Source: Myxococcota bacterium (GTDB lineage: Bacteria; Myxococcota_A; Bradymonadia; UBA4248). From it: a DNA stretch of 64,000 bases. Below are positions 18,647 through 27,749 of this stretch, in pieces (the first letter of the stretch is position 1; each line of letters starts with the position of its first letter). The notes under the pieces were generated by a model. It did not search any database. It saw nothing but the letters and a program-made list of their open reading frames with translations, and was not told the DNA's origin. Position numbers and translations under genes: made by a program. The stretch lies in the NCBI GenBank assembly GCA_045599585.1, contig JAZRWH010000049.1, positions 1,510 through 65,509 on the forward strand. The letters are read 5' to 3'.

Positions 18647-19645
18647 CTAATGCATCATACTAGCTGACAATTTTTTAAGCGGTGCAACGAGTGCATCTCG
18701 AACGATAACTTCAGGAGCGCCAGCCCCAGGCGTCAACTGCAGACGGTGCGCAAACAACGGTTCACAAAGATCATCGATATCCTGGGGCGTCACATACATT
18801 CTCCCGTGCATAAACGCCCAACACTGAAGCGCCGGTATCGCCTGAACGAGCGAACGCGTCGAAGCCCCCTGAACACAACGGCTGTCCTCGCGAATGGCTC
18901 GGATCATATCTACAAGACAAACCATAATCGCATCATCGACCGCGACATCTCGGCGAATCAATTCTCGAGCCGATTCAATATCACAGACAGAAACGAGATC
19001 CATATTACACTTCTCGCGTGGTCGTCCCCAGTTTTTAATAACATTAAATTCAGCTTCTCGACTGATATGCTTCATTTTAATTTTAAACATAAAACGGTCG
19101 AGCTGTGCCACAGGAAGCGGATAAGTTCCCACCTGATCTAGCGGATTTTGCGTTGCGATAACAAAGAACAGATTACCCAATTTATAGGTTTCATTATCGA
19201 CCGTAACCTGTTTTTCGCCCATTGATTCGAGCAAAGCAGACTGAACTTTCGGTGAAGTACGGTTAATTTCGTCAACGAGTGCAATGTGTGTAAAGATTGG
19301 ACCACGTCTGAAATGAAATTCATTACTCTCAGTATTAAATATCATAACACCGGTAATGTCGCTTGGGAGAAGGTCAGGCGTGAACTGCATGCGTCTAAAA
19401 GCGTTTAAGCCTTCCGAAACGGTATTATCCGAAATACTTTCACCCAAAGCCTTAGCCAACGTCGTTTTACCACTTCCCGGAAAATCTTCGAGAAGCACGT
19501 GACCGTCTGCAAAAAGAGCCGTTAAAACAAGATCAACGACGTCGTCTCGTCCCATTACATCATAACAAATGCGTTTTTTCAGAAGTTCAATTGTTTGTTT
19601 GGCCTGTGTTCTTACTTCTTCTTTTGATAATTCAACGGATGACAT
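18647..19645 (-). CDS. MoxR-family AAA+ ATPase
   Basis: Walker A FPGSGKTTLAKAL, Walker B LVDEINR. 332 aa, typical MoxR size. Neighbours are DUF58 and transglutaminase genes. Confidence 0.9.
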   Translation of the reverse strand: MSSVELSKEEVRTQAKQTIELLKKRICYDVMGRDDVVDLVLTALFADGHVLLEDFPGSGKTTLAKALGESISDNTVSEGLNAFRRMQFTPDLLPSDITGVMIFNTESNEFHFRRGPIFTHIALVDEINRTSPKVQSALLESMGEKQVTVDNETYKLGNLFFVIATQNPLDQVGTYPLPVAQLDRFMFKIKMKHISREAEFNVIKNWGRPREKCNMDLVSVCDIESARELIRRDVAVDDAIMVCLVDMIRAIREDSRCVQGASTRSLVQAIPALQCWAFMHGRMYVTPQDIDDLCEPLFAHRLQLTPGAGAPEVIVRDALVAPLKKLSASMMH

Positions 19646-19705
19646 TGTAATTTCCTATATTTAGAGAGCCTGTGCATTTATACTAAAAACACACAGACCG
19701 TGTTA

Positions 19706-21973
19706 CTACAAATGGAATATGGCTATAATACGTCGTCCAAAACTTACAGACCTACGAGCATCTCTGCGTGCCACACTGACGAGTTTTGCGATTTCACAAG
19801 CTTCACTGTCTGAAATCTGGCCGCCGAGTTTTGCAGCCAAAGTTGCGTCGACAATGCGTTGCGTCGCAGTGCCACGTGTCTTGGCAAAGTGTTCGAGTGT
19901 TTCACCAGGAGCTGGTGCTTGACCGTAACAACTCCAACTCTTTAATGTACTGCGAAGTGAACGCGGAAGGTCTTTTGCGCGTTTAACGGTCGAGCCACGA
20001 AGAATAATGATGCCTTTACGCGTATAGAGAATAACAATTCCACCGCAAAGCAGAGCGAGTATACTGTACCAGATCACGTCCCAAGGCACAGTAAATGGCT
20101 CATGTACAGGTTCTTCGGCTTTTCCTGCGGATTTATCGTCTCTCGCAAGTTCGCCAAACATAGATTCCAAGGACTGATCCACAAACACTGCAGGCTGAGG
20201 ATCACCGTTTTCGGGGAAAATATCAAAAGTTACCCAACCAATGCCATCTACATAAATTTCAGGCCAGGCATGCGCCATATTACCGCGAATGATCACAGCC
20301 GAGTTCGTTCCGCGAAGTTCGTTGTCAACTGCAAAGCCAATGGCAACACGGGCTGCGATGCCCTGACTTCGAAGCAAATACACCGCAGAGTGCGCGAAAT
20401 GAACGCAATAACCACGCAACGAGCCAAAGAGGAACGATGCGGTTGGATCGTCAGCATCGACGTGTTTCTCCTTAAGCGTATAATACCCTTCGTGCTCTAA
20501 CCAAGATTTAATAAGAATAGCTTTGGCAATATCTTCCCCATAGAATCTTGGATCAAGTTGTCTAACAATAATGTCTGACAAAGCCTTGTAACGCGGATCA
20601 TCAGGAATCTTGAGATAGTGCTCTTTTTTGGCTGCATCCCAACTGTCAGGCACACTTTTACGGCCAATAAAGCGGGTTACATCACTTGTCAAACCAAGAC
20701 TATCGACGCCATAAGCGGCAATAAACATCTTTTTGTTAGGATTCTCGATAGGGAAAACGCGCTGTCCCATAGCGAGTTGGGGAGGCTGAGACGTATCCTG
20801 AAGGAGAAACATCGAAGTCTGAATTGTTTTATGTACAGATCTCGACTGAATGTCTAATGCTGTAATTTCCTGCTTATAAGGAAAGCTTGAAATAACGTCG
20901 GAATCTTCATCGCTCTTAACGAGGTGGTTACCATCGTAGTGGCTTAAAACGGATTGTCGAAAATGGAATATGCCGTCTGCAGGCTCAAATTCGTCGTAAA
21001 AAACGGCAATCGCGACAGGCGTTGGGGGATTATCGGGAGGGACATTCGTATCAGAATCACTGTTTCCCCCCTTATTCCCATTATTTTTGCCATTGCCATT
21101 ATTATCGTCGTTATTATCGCTGTTATCGCCGTTATTATCGTTAGATGAATCGCCATTATCGTCGTTGTTATCGTCGTTATCGTTTTTGCCCTTAGACGAA
21201 TCATCATCATCATCTTTATCGCTGTCTTTATCGTTCGATTTAGAATCATCATTATTGCTGAACAAACCGAGCGGATCTTCAGTCGACGACATGATAGCGG
21301 AGTAGGATGAGAGTTGAGCGAGAATAAGCGCGACGAGAGCAAGGATAACGAAGGCATACAACGTGCGAAGAAACTTTGAACGCCCCAACCAGAATATGAG
21401 CGACAAGAAACCTGCGCCAACCCCCATATAGCGGTAGAGTTCAATAGGATCCTTACCATTTGAATAAGCCCAATCTGCAAATTCTCGGGGATTTTGTATA
21501 TTGTAGTCACGGTGGGAGAAAAACACGAATACAAGTGCCCCCAACGTCACACATGACTCGATCAGGCGAGCGACCTGATACCGCAGCGAAAGACTTCTGA
21601 GGGCCAACGTAATGCCGAAGGCAAGGGAACCATAGTAGATGATTCTTGATGTTGACAGCACGCCAAAAAAGTCCGTGACGCTACCATTCATCAGAGCGAG
21701 TGCACCGAAACAACCAAAACCAGTCAAGAGCGCACTGACAATTAATATCCATATAAGACGGATGCGAAAATGACTTAAAGCGCCCGCCAAACATCCCGCA
21801 ACGACGGAACATACAATGACAGCAATGCGAGATGTATCATCGCATAGTTCCATCGTATATACACTCTCACAAGCAGAGAGCATCAAGACTTTCAGGATCT
21901 GAACCCATACAGATTCACCAGCCAGAGGTTTTGCAGACGACGAAGCCTGATTTTGTGCATTGACACTGCTCAT
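19706..21973 (-). CDS. multi-pass membrane transglutaminase-domain protein with a D/N/S-rich insert
   Basis: Cys-His-Asp core: GYCVHFAHSAVYLL, HAWPEIY, WVTFD. N-terminal TM helices. Low-complexity aa 239-310. Start overlaps the upstream stop (ATGA). Confidence 0.9.
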   Translation of the reverse strand: MSSVNAQNQASSSAKPLAGESVWVQILKVLMLSACESVYTMELCDDTSRIAVIVCSVVAGCLAGALSHFRIRLIWILIVSALLTGFGCFGALALMNGSVTDFFGVLSTSRIIYYGSLAFGITLALRSLSLRYQVARLIESCVTLGALVFVFFSHRDYNIQNPREFADWAYSNGKDPIELYRYMGVGAGFLSLIFWLGRSKFLRTLYAFVILALVALILAQLSSYSAIMSSTEDPLGLFSNNDDSKSNDKDSDKDDDDDSSKGKNDNDDNNDDNGDSSNDNNGDNSDNNDDNNGNGKNNGNKGGNSDSDTNVPPDNPPTPVAIAVFYDEFEPADGIFHFRQSVLSHYDGNHLVKSDEDSDVISSFPYKQEITALDIQSRSVHKTIQTSMFLLQDTSQPPQLAMGQRVFPIENPNKKMFIAAYGVDSLGLTSDVTRFIGRKSVPDSWDAAKKEHYLKIPDDPRYKALSDIIVRQLDPRFYGEDIAKAILIKSWLEHEGYYTLKEKHVDADDPTASFLFGSLRGYCVHFAHSAVYLLRSQGIAARVAIGFAVDNELRGTNSAVIIRGNMAHAWPEIYVDGIGWVTFDIFPENGDPQPAVFVDQSLESMFGELARDDKSAGKAEEPVHEPFTVPWDVIWYSILALLCGGIVILYTRKGIIILRGSTVKRAKDLPRSLRSTLKSWSCYGQAPAPGETLEHFAKTRGTATQRIVDATLAAKLGGQISDSEACEIAKLVSVARRDARRSVSFGRRIIAIFHL

Positions 21974-23379
21974 GCAAGACCTCCTGCCGGAAGACGCTTA
22001 GCTGAGGCTTTTTTTGCAGCAGCAGAAGGCTCGTACATCATACTATCTCCAGTCTTTACATCTACGAGCCGAACTGAACCGATAACAGAGAGTGCATCAC
22101 AAAGTTTTTCGCGTTCGGCATATTGATTAAGTTCTTTTTCATTCTGACAAAACACACGCTTTATTAACGAATGTTTTTGGGGATTCATCTCGGTGGGTTC
22201 CAACGCCATGACAAACGTGGGACGAATACCAGAACTGCCACAAAAGGCTGCAACGTTTTTTAACCAAACGCCGCTTGTCGAAGGAACCATCATAAAAAAG
22301 TGTCGCAAAGCACTGCTTGGAATTTTATTAATCTGTTCTGATATGCCAGTGCCCCCCTGAGACCGATGGCGGACTGATTCGATAATATCATCCAGAGCAT
22401 CTATAGAATCTGTTGAAATACGCTTTGCGCCATCAGCACAAAAATTAAGTTCTGCTAAAGACCCCTCAAGTGAAGTCAAGAAGGTACGCGTCAAAGAAGC
22501 AGAGGGCTCATCGTCTTGACCAGCAACGAAATAGATAAACATCTCGTGTTCTTCAACGATCGCTGGTTCTGGCGCACGAACCAAGAGTTTGCGACTGCGT
22601 GCAAAAACACGCCACAACAAATATCGAAGTGGGTCGCCAGCTTGATAACGCCGCATCTCCACAAGTTCGCCCTTACTTTCGCCCGTCGGAAAGGAATACC
22701 CTTCGCCACTCGCGTGCGCTGAAACTTGTATGGAATCAAACACACAACTCGACGGCTTAATTTCGGCATTAAACTGTGTTTTAAGTGGAAAAGTGAATGA
22801 CGTAACACCAAAAATATCACGCACCGTAATTAAATGTCGTGTTTTTTCGTAACGGCCACGCGAGCGGATAACGATTCTTTCTTTCAGCCACTGCCCATCT
22901 GGACTAAACGTCGAATCAAATGGCGCATCTTCACTTTCAACCGCAACTTGAACAAACGGAAGCCAGAAGGGATTAAAGACTTGAAAACCAGAATCCAGAA
23001 CCTGATTCGTCTCTAACTTACCTAATTCGGATAAATCCTTATTTCGATGTGCGGTAACAATCCAAACCAACGCAACACCGATTAATTCGAACACAAATAC
23101 CAGCAAAAAAGCCGCAACCAAGCAAATTACAGATGCAAACAAGATCTGATTCTGATGACGCACAACTTCACCAAACCAAACCACATAAGCCAGACAAACA
23201 AAGATAAGCCCCGCCCAAGTTACGGGAAAAAAGCCTTTTATCCGCTTTAAAATACGCGAAATCAATTTGACAATGGTTTTAATACTGATTCGTTTTTTCA
23301 CGTTTCTTGTTATGTCTTGTGCCGCTTTCGCATTAACCAAGTTCGGCACTATCTTTTCGTCATGCTTCGATATATCCAT
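21970..23379 (-). CDS. DUF58-family protein with N-terminal TM helices
   Basis: MRRYQAGDPLRYLLWRVFARSRKLLVR is the DUF58 signature. I prefer ATG 23379, preceded by AAGGAA-N6. The ORF is open up to 23637, so the start is uncertain. Confidence 0.8.
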   Translation of the reverse strand: MDISKHDEKIVPNLVNAKAAQDITRNVKKRISIKTIVKLISRILKRIKGFFPVTWAGLIFVCLAYVVWFGEVVRHQNQILFASVICLVAAFLLVFVFELIGVALVWIVTAHRNKDLSELGKLETNQVLDSGFQVFNPFWLPFVQVAVESEDAPFDSTFSPDGQWLKERIVIRSRGRYEKTRHLITVRDIFGVTSFTFPLKTQFNAEIKPSSCVFDSIQVSAHASGEGYSFPTGESKGELVEMRRYQAGDPLRYLLWRVFARSRKLLVRAPEPAIVEEHEMFIYFVAGQDDEPSASLTRTFLTSLEGSLAELNFCADGAKRISTDSIDALDDIIESVRHRSQGGTGISEQINKIPSSALRHFFMMVPSTSGVWLKNVAAFCGSSGIRPTFVMALEPTEMNPQKHSLIKRVFCQNEKELNQYAEREKLCDALSVIGSVRLVDVKTGDSMMYEPSAAAKKASAKRLPAGGLA

Positions 23380-23686
23380 GCTGCATTCCTTAAACGCACT
23401 TAGGTCACGCAATACCATCGTGGTTTGTATAGCGAACGTCTGTTTAGCGCAACCCGTAAACGCAAAAACCATAGGCTTATGTCTCAATTCTAAAAATTCT
23501 TTTTTTATTCCCATTGCTATTAATTTCATTGATGAATTTGTATGTCGCGCGTAAATTAAATCATTTTGCAGCTCGTTCAATACGATGCGGCTCAATGAGA
23601 GGGGGCTTTCAGCGTGCCCCAACACAAATCCACACACCTTAATCCCTTTCGCATATTCACGCCTGCGGCATATCCAATAGGTCTGT

Positions 23687-25015
23687 ATGAAACCAATCGA
23701 ATATTTTTATATCTCCGATTCAATCACATCCCAAGAACAAGCCCAACAACTGATCTTGGATGCTTGCGACGATCCTGCCCTGCAGCAACTATCCAAGATG
23801 ATTTTATCCATGCTTGCCATGCAGGACGGCATCGTTTTTGAAGATATCGCCTCAGAAATTCTTCTTGAAACCGGTGGTGCTGTGGACGATGAACAGGTCA
23901 ACCAAATCGTGGCGTTTCTGCTCAACAATGATCTGATCAAGTGTACGCTATCCACGCCTCGACTCGCTGTGCCTTACTACCTGGATCATCAATGTGAACT
24001 CTGCGGCTGCTCGTGCCAAGCCCAGCTCGTCGGCCCGCTCTCCGAGACGGAACTGAAAAATGTCATGGATGCCCACACCCCGCTACACGACGAGGGACTC
24101 GTTCCGCACGGCGTAGCGCCCATTATGAAGGGGCTTAAGCCAGATGGCACATGCCTGCACTTTCTCAATTTTCCAGGGAAACGCTGCGTTTTTCTCGATG
24201 ACAACAATCTCTGCACCGTTCACGCCCGTTTCGGCGCCATGCAAAAGCCTGCGGCATGCCGTCGTTTTCCATGCATTGCAATTGCAACCGAGTCTGAGAT
24301 TCGAATCGGCATCAAGCCCTACTGTTACGCAAATGCCCGCGTCGTCCGTATTCAAACGCCAGAACCTGATTACATCAACTCGCTTCTCAATGGCTCAGAC
24401 AGCGCGTTTTATCAAGATTTGCTCGATAATGCAGCCTTCCGTCCCGTTCTAAAAAATGCGGATCCGATTGAAGAAGCACAGGCAAAGTTTGAAGAAGCGC
24501 GCATCTTATCCATTCTTCAAGATCCATCCTTGAATTGGCCTACCCTCCTTTGCCGCCTCATTGATCCAGAAGCCCCGGAGATCGACCAACTGCCCCCCGC
24601 ATTTCTTCGTGCACTTGAATCGCGTTTCATCCACTTTTCCAGCCTGCTTCGCGCAGAAGCAGATAAGCTCGGTCAAACTGCACACGCCCGCCATGCTCAG
24701 GCACTCTGTGACCAACTTTCCAAACCCATTACGGTGTCTTTGAATGAGGCTTCCCCACAGTTTTTACAATTTGCAACATACAGCCTCTACAACGCCGTCT
24801 TTCTGCGCGAAACGACGCGTTTTCCCGCGTTATCACTGGGCGCTTTTGCGCTCGCGCTCGGCACGATCGCGGCAATCCAAGCTCCTCAACAAAGCGACAC
24901 CCTCCTCATTGCATGGATGCGCTTGTTTGCACAAACACCCGCATTCACCCTTCTGTTTGACTCCTCCGATGCGCTCGCATCACTTGCTCAGTGCCTTCAT
25001 GTCGATAACTGCTGA
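23687..25015 (+). CDS. YkgJ/UPF0153-type CxxCxxCC Fe-S/zinc-chelating domain protein with long extensions (442 aa)
   Basis: CELCGCSC ... CVFLDDNNLCTVHARFGAMQKPAACRRFPC pattern. Divergent from the DUF58 gene. Confidence 0.75.
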   Translation: MKPIEYFYISDSITSQEQAQQLILDACDDPALQQLSKMILSMLAMQDGIVFEDIASEILLETGGAVDDEQVNQIVAFLLNNDLIKCTLSTPRLAVPYYLDHQCELCGCSCQAQLVGPLSETELKNVMDAHTPLHDEGLVPHGVAPIMKGLKPDGTCLHFLNFPGKRCVFLDDNNLCTVHARFGAMQKPAACRRFPCIAIATESEIRIGIKPYCYANARVVRIQTPEPDYINSLLNGSDSAFYQDLLDNAAFRPVLKNADPIEEAQAKFEEARILSILQDPSLNWPTLLCRLIDPEAPEIDQLPPAFLRALESRFIHFSSLLRAEADKLGQTAHARHAQALCDQLSKPITVSLNEASPQFLQFATYSLYNAVFLRETTRFPALSLGAFALALGTIAAIQAPQQSDTLLIAWMRLFAQTPAFTLLFDSSDALASLAQCLHVDNC

Positions 25016-25043
25016 CGTTTTTTTTGAATTGCGTATTTAGGAA

Positions 25044-25183
25044 GGGGGAAGTCTCCCCCTGACCGGCTATCCTCCGTGCTCAAGCCTCAGTTCGTAGTCC
25101 TAATACATACGGCCCCCTATACCTACCTCAGCTCAACAAGCCTAAGCCGCATGAGCACTGCGGATACGCCGCTACCCCCTCTC
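25044..25183 (+). repeat. REP-like composite element, type A, long-loop variant
   Basis: GGGGGAAGTCTCCCCCTGACCGGCTAT (25044-25070), 93-bp insert, ATACGCCGCTACCCCCTCTC (25164-25183). Confidence 0.8.
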
Positions 25184-25334
25184 AAGTTTACGAAATCTTC
25201 AAAACATCACGCTTTCCTAAATCTTCATGCATTGATCTGCATAACGCTCCGCACACTTCGTCCCTGCTCATAAGCTTCGTACACAAAGTACAAACTTCCG
25301 CGCTTCCCCCCTAACCTAAAACACCTAAGAAACA

Positions 25335-27464
25335 ATGACATTTATTGACCTCGATATCTATAAATCACTCATCAAACATACTTCTGGAAGATGGATTCCT
25401 ACGCTCCTAGTTAGCTTCGTATGGTGCGTTATTTATGTAATCCTAGTCTTCCTAGTTAGCCTTATCAGTGTATTTCTGAGCGAATTTCTCGAAGATTTCG
25501 TTGTAAGAATTATCGTTGCACTCATATCAACGATGATCTTTGGCGTGACTTATTTCGGATTAATAAGTATTCCATATGCGAATATTCTCCATCCGGAAAA
25601 GTCAGTCTTTCAAAATTTCATTGAATCTTTAACAGTTAATAATATCAGACGTGCCTTGTTCATGGGGGTGGTTTATGAGGTTATTGTCGGGGCTCTCCTT
25701 TTGGGAACCTACATTGTTGAATCGCTCATGGGCCTTGCGCTCATAACAGCGCCTCAATTTATCTTTTACTTCATGATAATATGCAGGATCGTTGCGTTAT
25801 ATATTGCGACAAGATTCTATTATACTTTTGCAAACATTCCCGCTGAACTTTACGATAATCCTAACGCCAAAGTTATAGATTCATTTTCAAACTCACGCGT
25901 TACGATGGATGGGCACAAATTTGCTCTCTTTAGACACCATGTTCCCGTCTTCCTCGTTTGGCTTTTGGCGCTTGTTCTACCGGTTATCTTCGTTTTTGCA
26001 ACCATGGGATTCGGTGGTCTCATGAATGCTATAAACGTTCAAAATAAAATCGAAGCATCCGCTGAACTCCAAAAAGCAACCGAACAAACACGCAAAGCAT
26101 CAAACGGTAAAGACGATTTTTATCGCCTCAATCAGTACATCAAACAAACGGATGACAATACAAAACTTGCTGTTTATCGTCCCACACCAGAAGAAGCTGT
26201 CTTATTAAGCAAGCTCTCTCAATTAAAATTCTTCATTATCCTATCCATTATCATCATTCTTGCTTCCATACCGATCTTCACTGCCATCCAGGTCGAATTT
26301 TGCCACAAACTCACGGAGCCAGCCCGCAAGAAAAAAGCTGAACTCGACGCCTTCGAAGAAGAAGCACGTCGTAAGAATAATGAACGCATCGCGAATGCCG
26401 CCAAATATAATGAAGCGAGACGTACAGCAAAACAAAACAATGCGCTCCCTGATGACGGTCGTTATCGATCGATTGCAGTTGACTATTCTTCGCTCGTCAG
26501 AAGCGCTAAGACTGAATACGACTACAGCAAAGTTGAAAACAAAGACAATGACGCTGTAAATACGACGCAAAAATCAGAACACTCTGACGCAAACGTCACG
26601 CAACAACAAGACACAAAACAATCTGAAGACAAAGTTGTTTCCGTGCGCGAACGAAAATTGTCCTTCAATGGCTCTTTCGATTTTGGACTCGACGATATCA
26701 AAGCCGAAGCCGAAAAACCATCCTCGCGTAAACTTGAAATCGCAAACTCCGTTTCAGACCGCATTGACATTCCTTCGTTTGATTTCAATGCACTCACGGA
26801 AGATTTGCACAAAACAGATTCTAAAGCCCCCGCAACATCCAAAGAGCCCGCAATCGTCAATGACGAAAAGACTTCTGCTGACAAAGCGCCTAGTCCAGCG
26901 GTACCGATCATATCGGCCCCCAAACTCGACAAACAAACACAAGCCGCCGCCCCCAAAGTGCCAAATTTAACCGCTGACGCACCAGACGAAAATGCAGACA
27001 AACAGAGTTCAGTCAACAAGCGAATTGAAGATTTAAAGCCTCTGTCAGCCTCAATCCCGACCCTCAGCAAACCTCTGTTCTCAATCAATAAACCCGCTTC
27101 GACAATTGCTAAAAAAGAAGAGAGCACACCCAAAGAAGACAAAACGCTCTCAACGAGCATTCCGCTTCTCAACAATTCTACAGAAGAAGCAGAACCGGAA
27201 GTGCCTATTCTTCCTAAAACGGAAGCTCCCAGCCTCACTTTGTCAAACGACATTTTTGCGAACAGCCCAAGTTTAGCAACAGACTCCGATCAATCTTCCG
27301 AGACCACCTCTGACAAAGAAACGGATATCTTTGCGAATAGCAAATTTAACTTAGATAACGACTTTTCACTAGACAACGACTTTAAAGTCAATAGTAGCCT
27401 CGATTTTGGTTCCTCGACGGAATCCAGCTTCGATGACATTTTTGCTAAATACAATAAGTCTTAA
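25335..27464 (+). CDS. polytopic membrane protein (DUF975-like N-terminal half) with a ~400-aa low-complexity tail
   Basis: Several TM helices in aa 20-310. The remainder is K/E/S/T/P-rich with no motif. The DUF975 resemblance is a weak, memory-based call. Confidence 0.75.
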   Translation: MTFIDLDIYKSLIKHTSGRWIPTLLVSFVWCVIYVILVFLVSLISVFLSEFLEDFVVRIIVALISTMIFGVTYFGLISIPYANILHPEKSVFQNFIESLTVNNIRRALFMGVVYEVIVGALLLGTYIVESLMGLALITAPQFIFYFMIICRIVALYIATRFYYTFANIPAELYDNPNAKVIDSFSNSRVTMDGHKFALFRHHVPVFLVWLLALVLPVIFVFATMGFGGLMNAINVQNKIEASAELQKATEQTRKASNGKDDFYRLNQYIKQTDDNTKLAVYRPTPEEAVLLSKLSQLKFFIILSIIIILASIPIFTAIQVEFCHKLTEPARKKKAELDAFEEEARRKNNERIANAAKYNEARRTAKQNNALPDDGRYRSIAVDYSSLVRSAKTEYDYSKVENKDNDAVNTTQKSEHSDANVTQQQDTKQSEDKVVSVRERKLSFNGSFDFGLDDIKAEAEKPSSRKLEIANSVSDRIDIPSFDFNALTEDLHKTDSKAPATSKEPAIVNDEKTSADKAPSPAVPIISAPKLDKQTQAAAPKVPNLTADAPDENADKQSSVNKRIEDLKPLSASIPTLSKPLFSINKPASTIAKKEESTPKEDKTLSTSIPLLNNSTEEAEPEVPILPKTEAPSLTLSNDIFANSPSLATDSDQSSETTSDKETDIFANSKFNLDNDFSLDNDFKVNSSLDFGSSTESSFDDIFAKYNKS

Positions 27465-27524
27465 TATTCATCGAGATTATACAAATTGAGACGAATTGAT
27501 TTATGACGTTTATGCGCCGCAGGC

Positions 27525-27584
27525 CTGAGGGGGTAGCGGCGTATTTGCTTGCAAATAGCCGCTCAGGGGGACACATCCCCCTCA
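27525..27584 (-). repeat. REP-like composite element, type A, short form, inverted orientation
   Basis: CTGAGGGGGTAGCGGCGTATTTGC-TT-GCAAATAGCCGCTCAGGGGGACACATCCCCCTCA. Confidence 0.9.
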
Positions 27585-27672
27585 ACAAAAAGGTAGATGT
27601 CTGTTTTTTTGTTTCTGAAGTGCTTTATATAAATCTCAAGACTTTCATACATAACGCATTTAGTATATTCTT

Positions 27673-27719
27673 AAGCGTCTGCCAGGCTCTCCACAAACCT
27701 GCCAGACGCTTCTTTTTTA
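27673..27719 (+). terminator. terminator-like hairpin plus T-run, about 30 nt upstream of the M2 peptidase start
   Basis: Stems GCGTCTG-c-CAGG / CCTG-c-CAGACGC followed by TTCTTTTTT. May end the upstream transcript or act as a leader attenuator. Confidence 0.6.
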
Positions 27720-27749
27720 TTTGCACCTAGTGCCCAAATGGAGATGAAT

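Noticed and set aside
23380-23637. 86-codon N-terminal extension of the DUF58 ORF. Similar extensions occur at 719-796, 31803-31823, 34280-34300, 48664-48750, 49697-49717, 58624-58647 and 60657-60737.
   Set aside because: In each case an internal ATG with an SD-like motif is immediately followed by a signal peptide, a lipobox or the conserved family N-terminus. The extensions have no protein-like features. The DUF58 start remains the least certain.
26522-27253. 243-aa minus-strand ORF
   Set aside because: It is antisense to the low-complexity tail of the 25335..27464 gene. It is an artefact of compositional bias.
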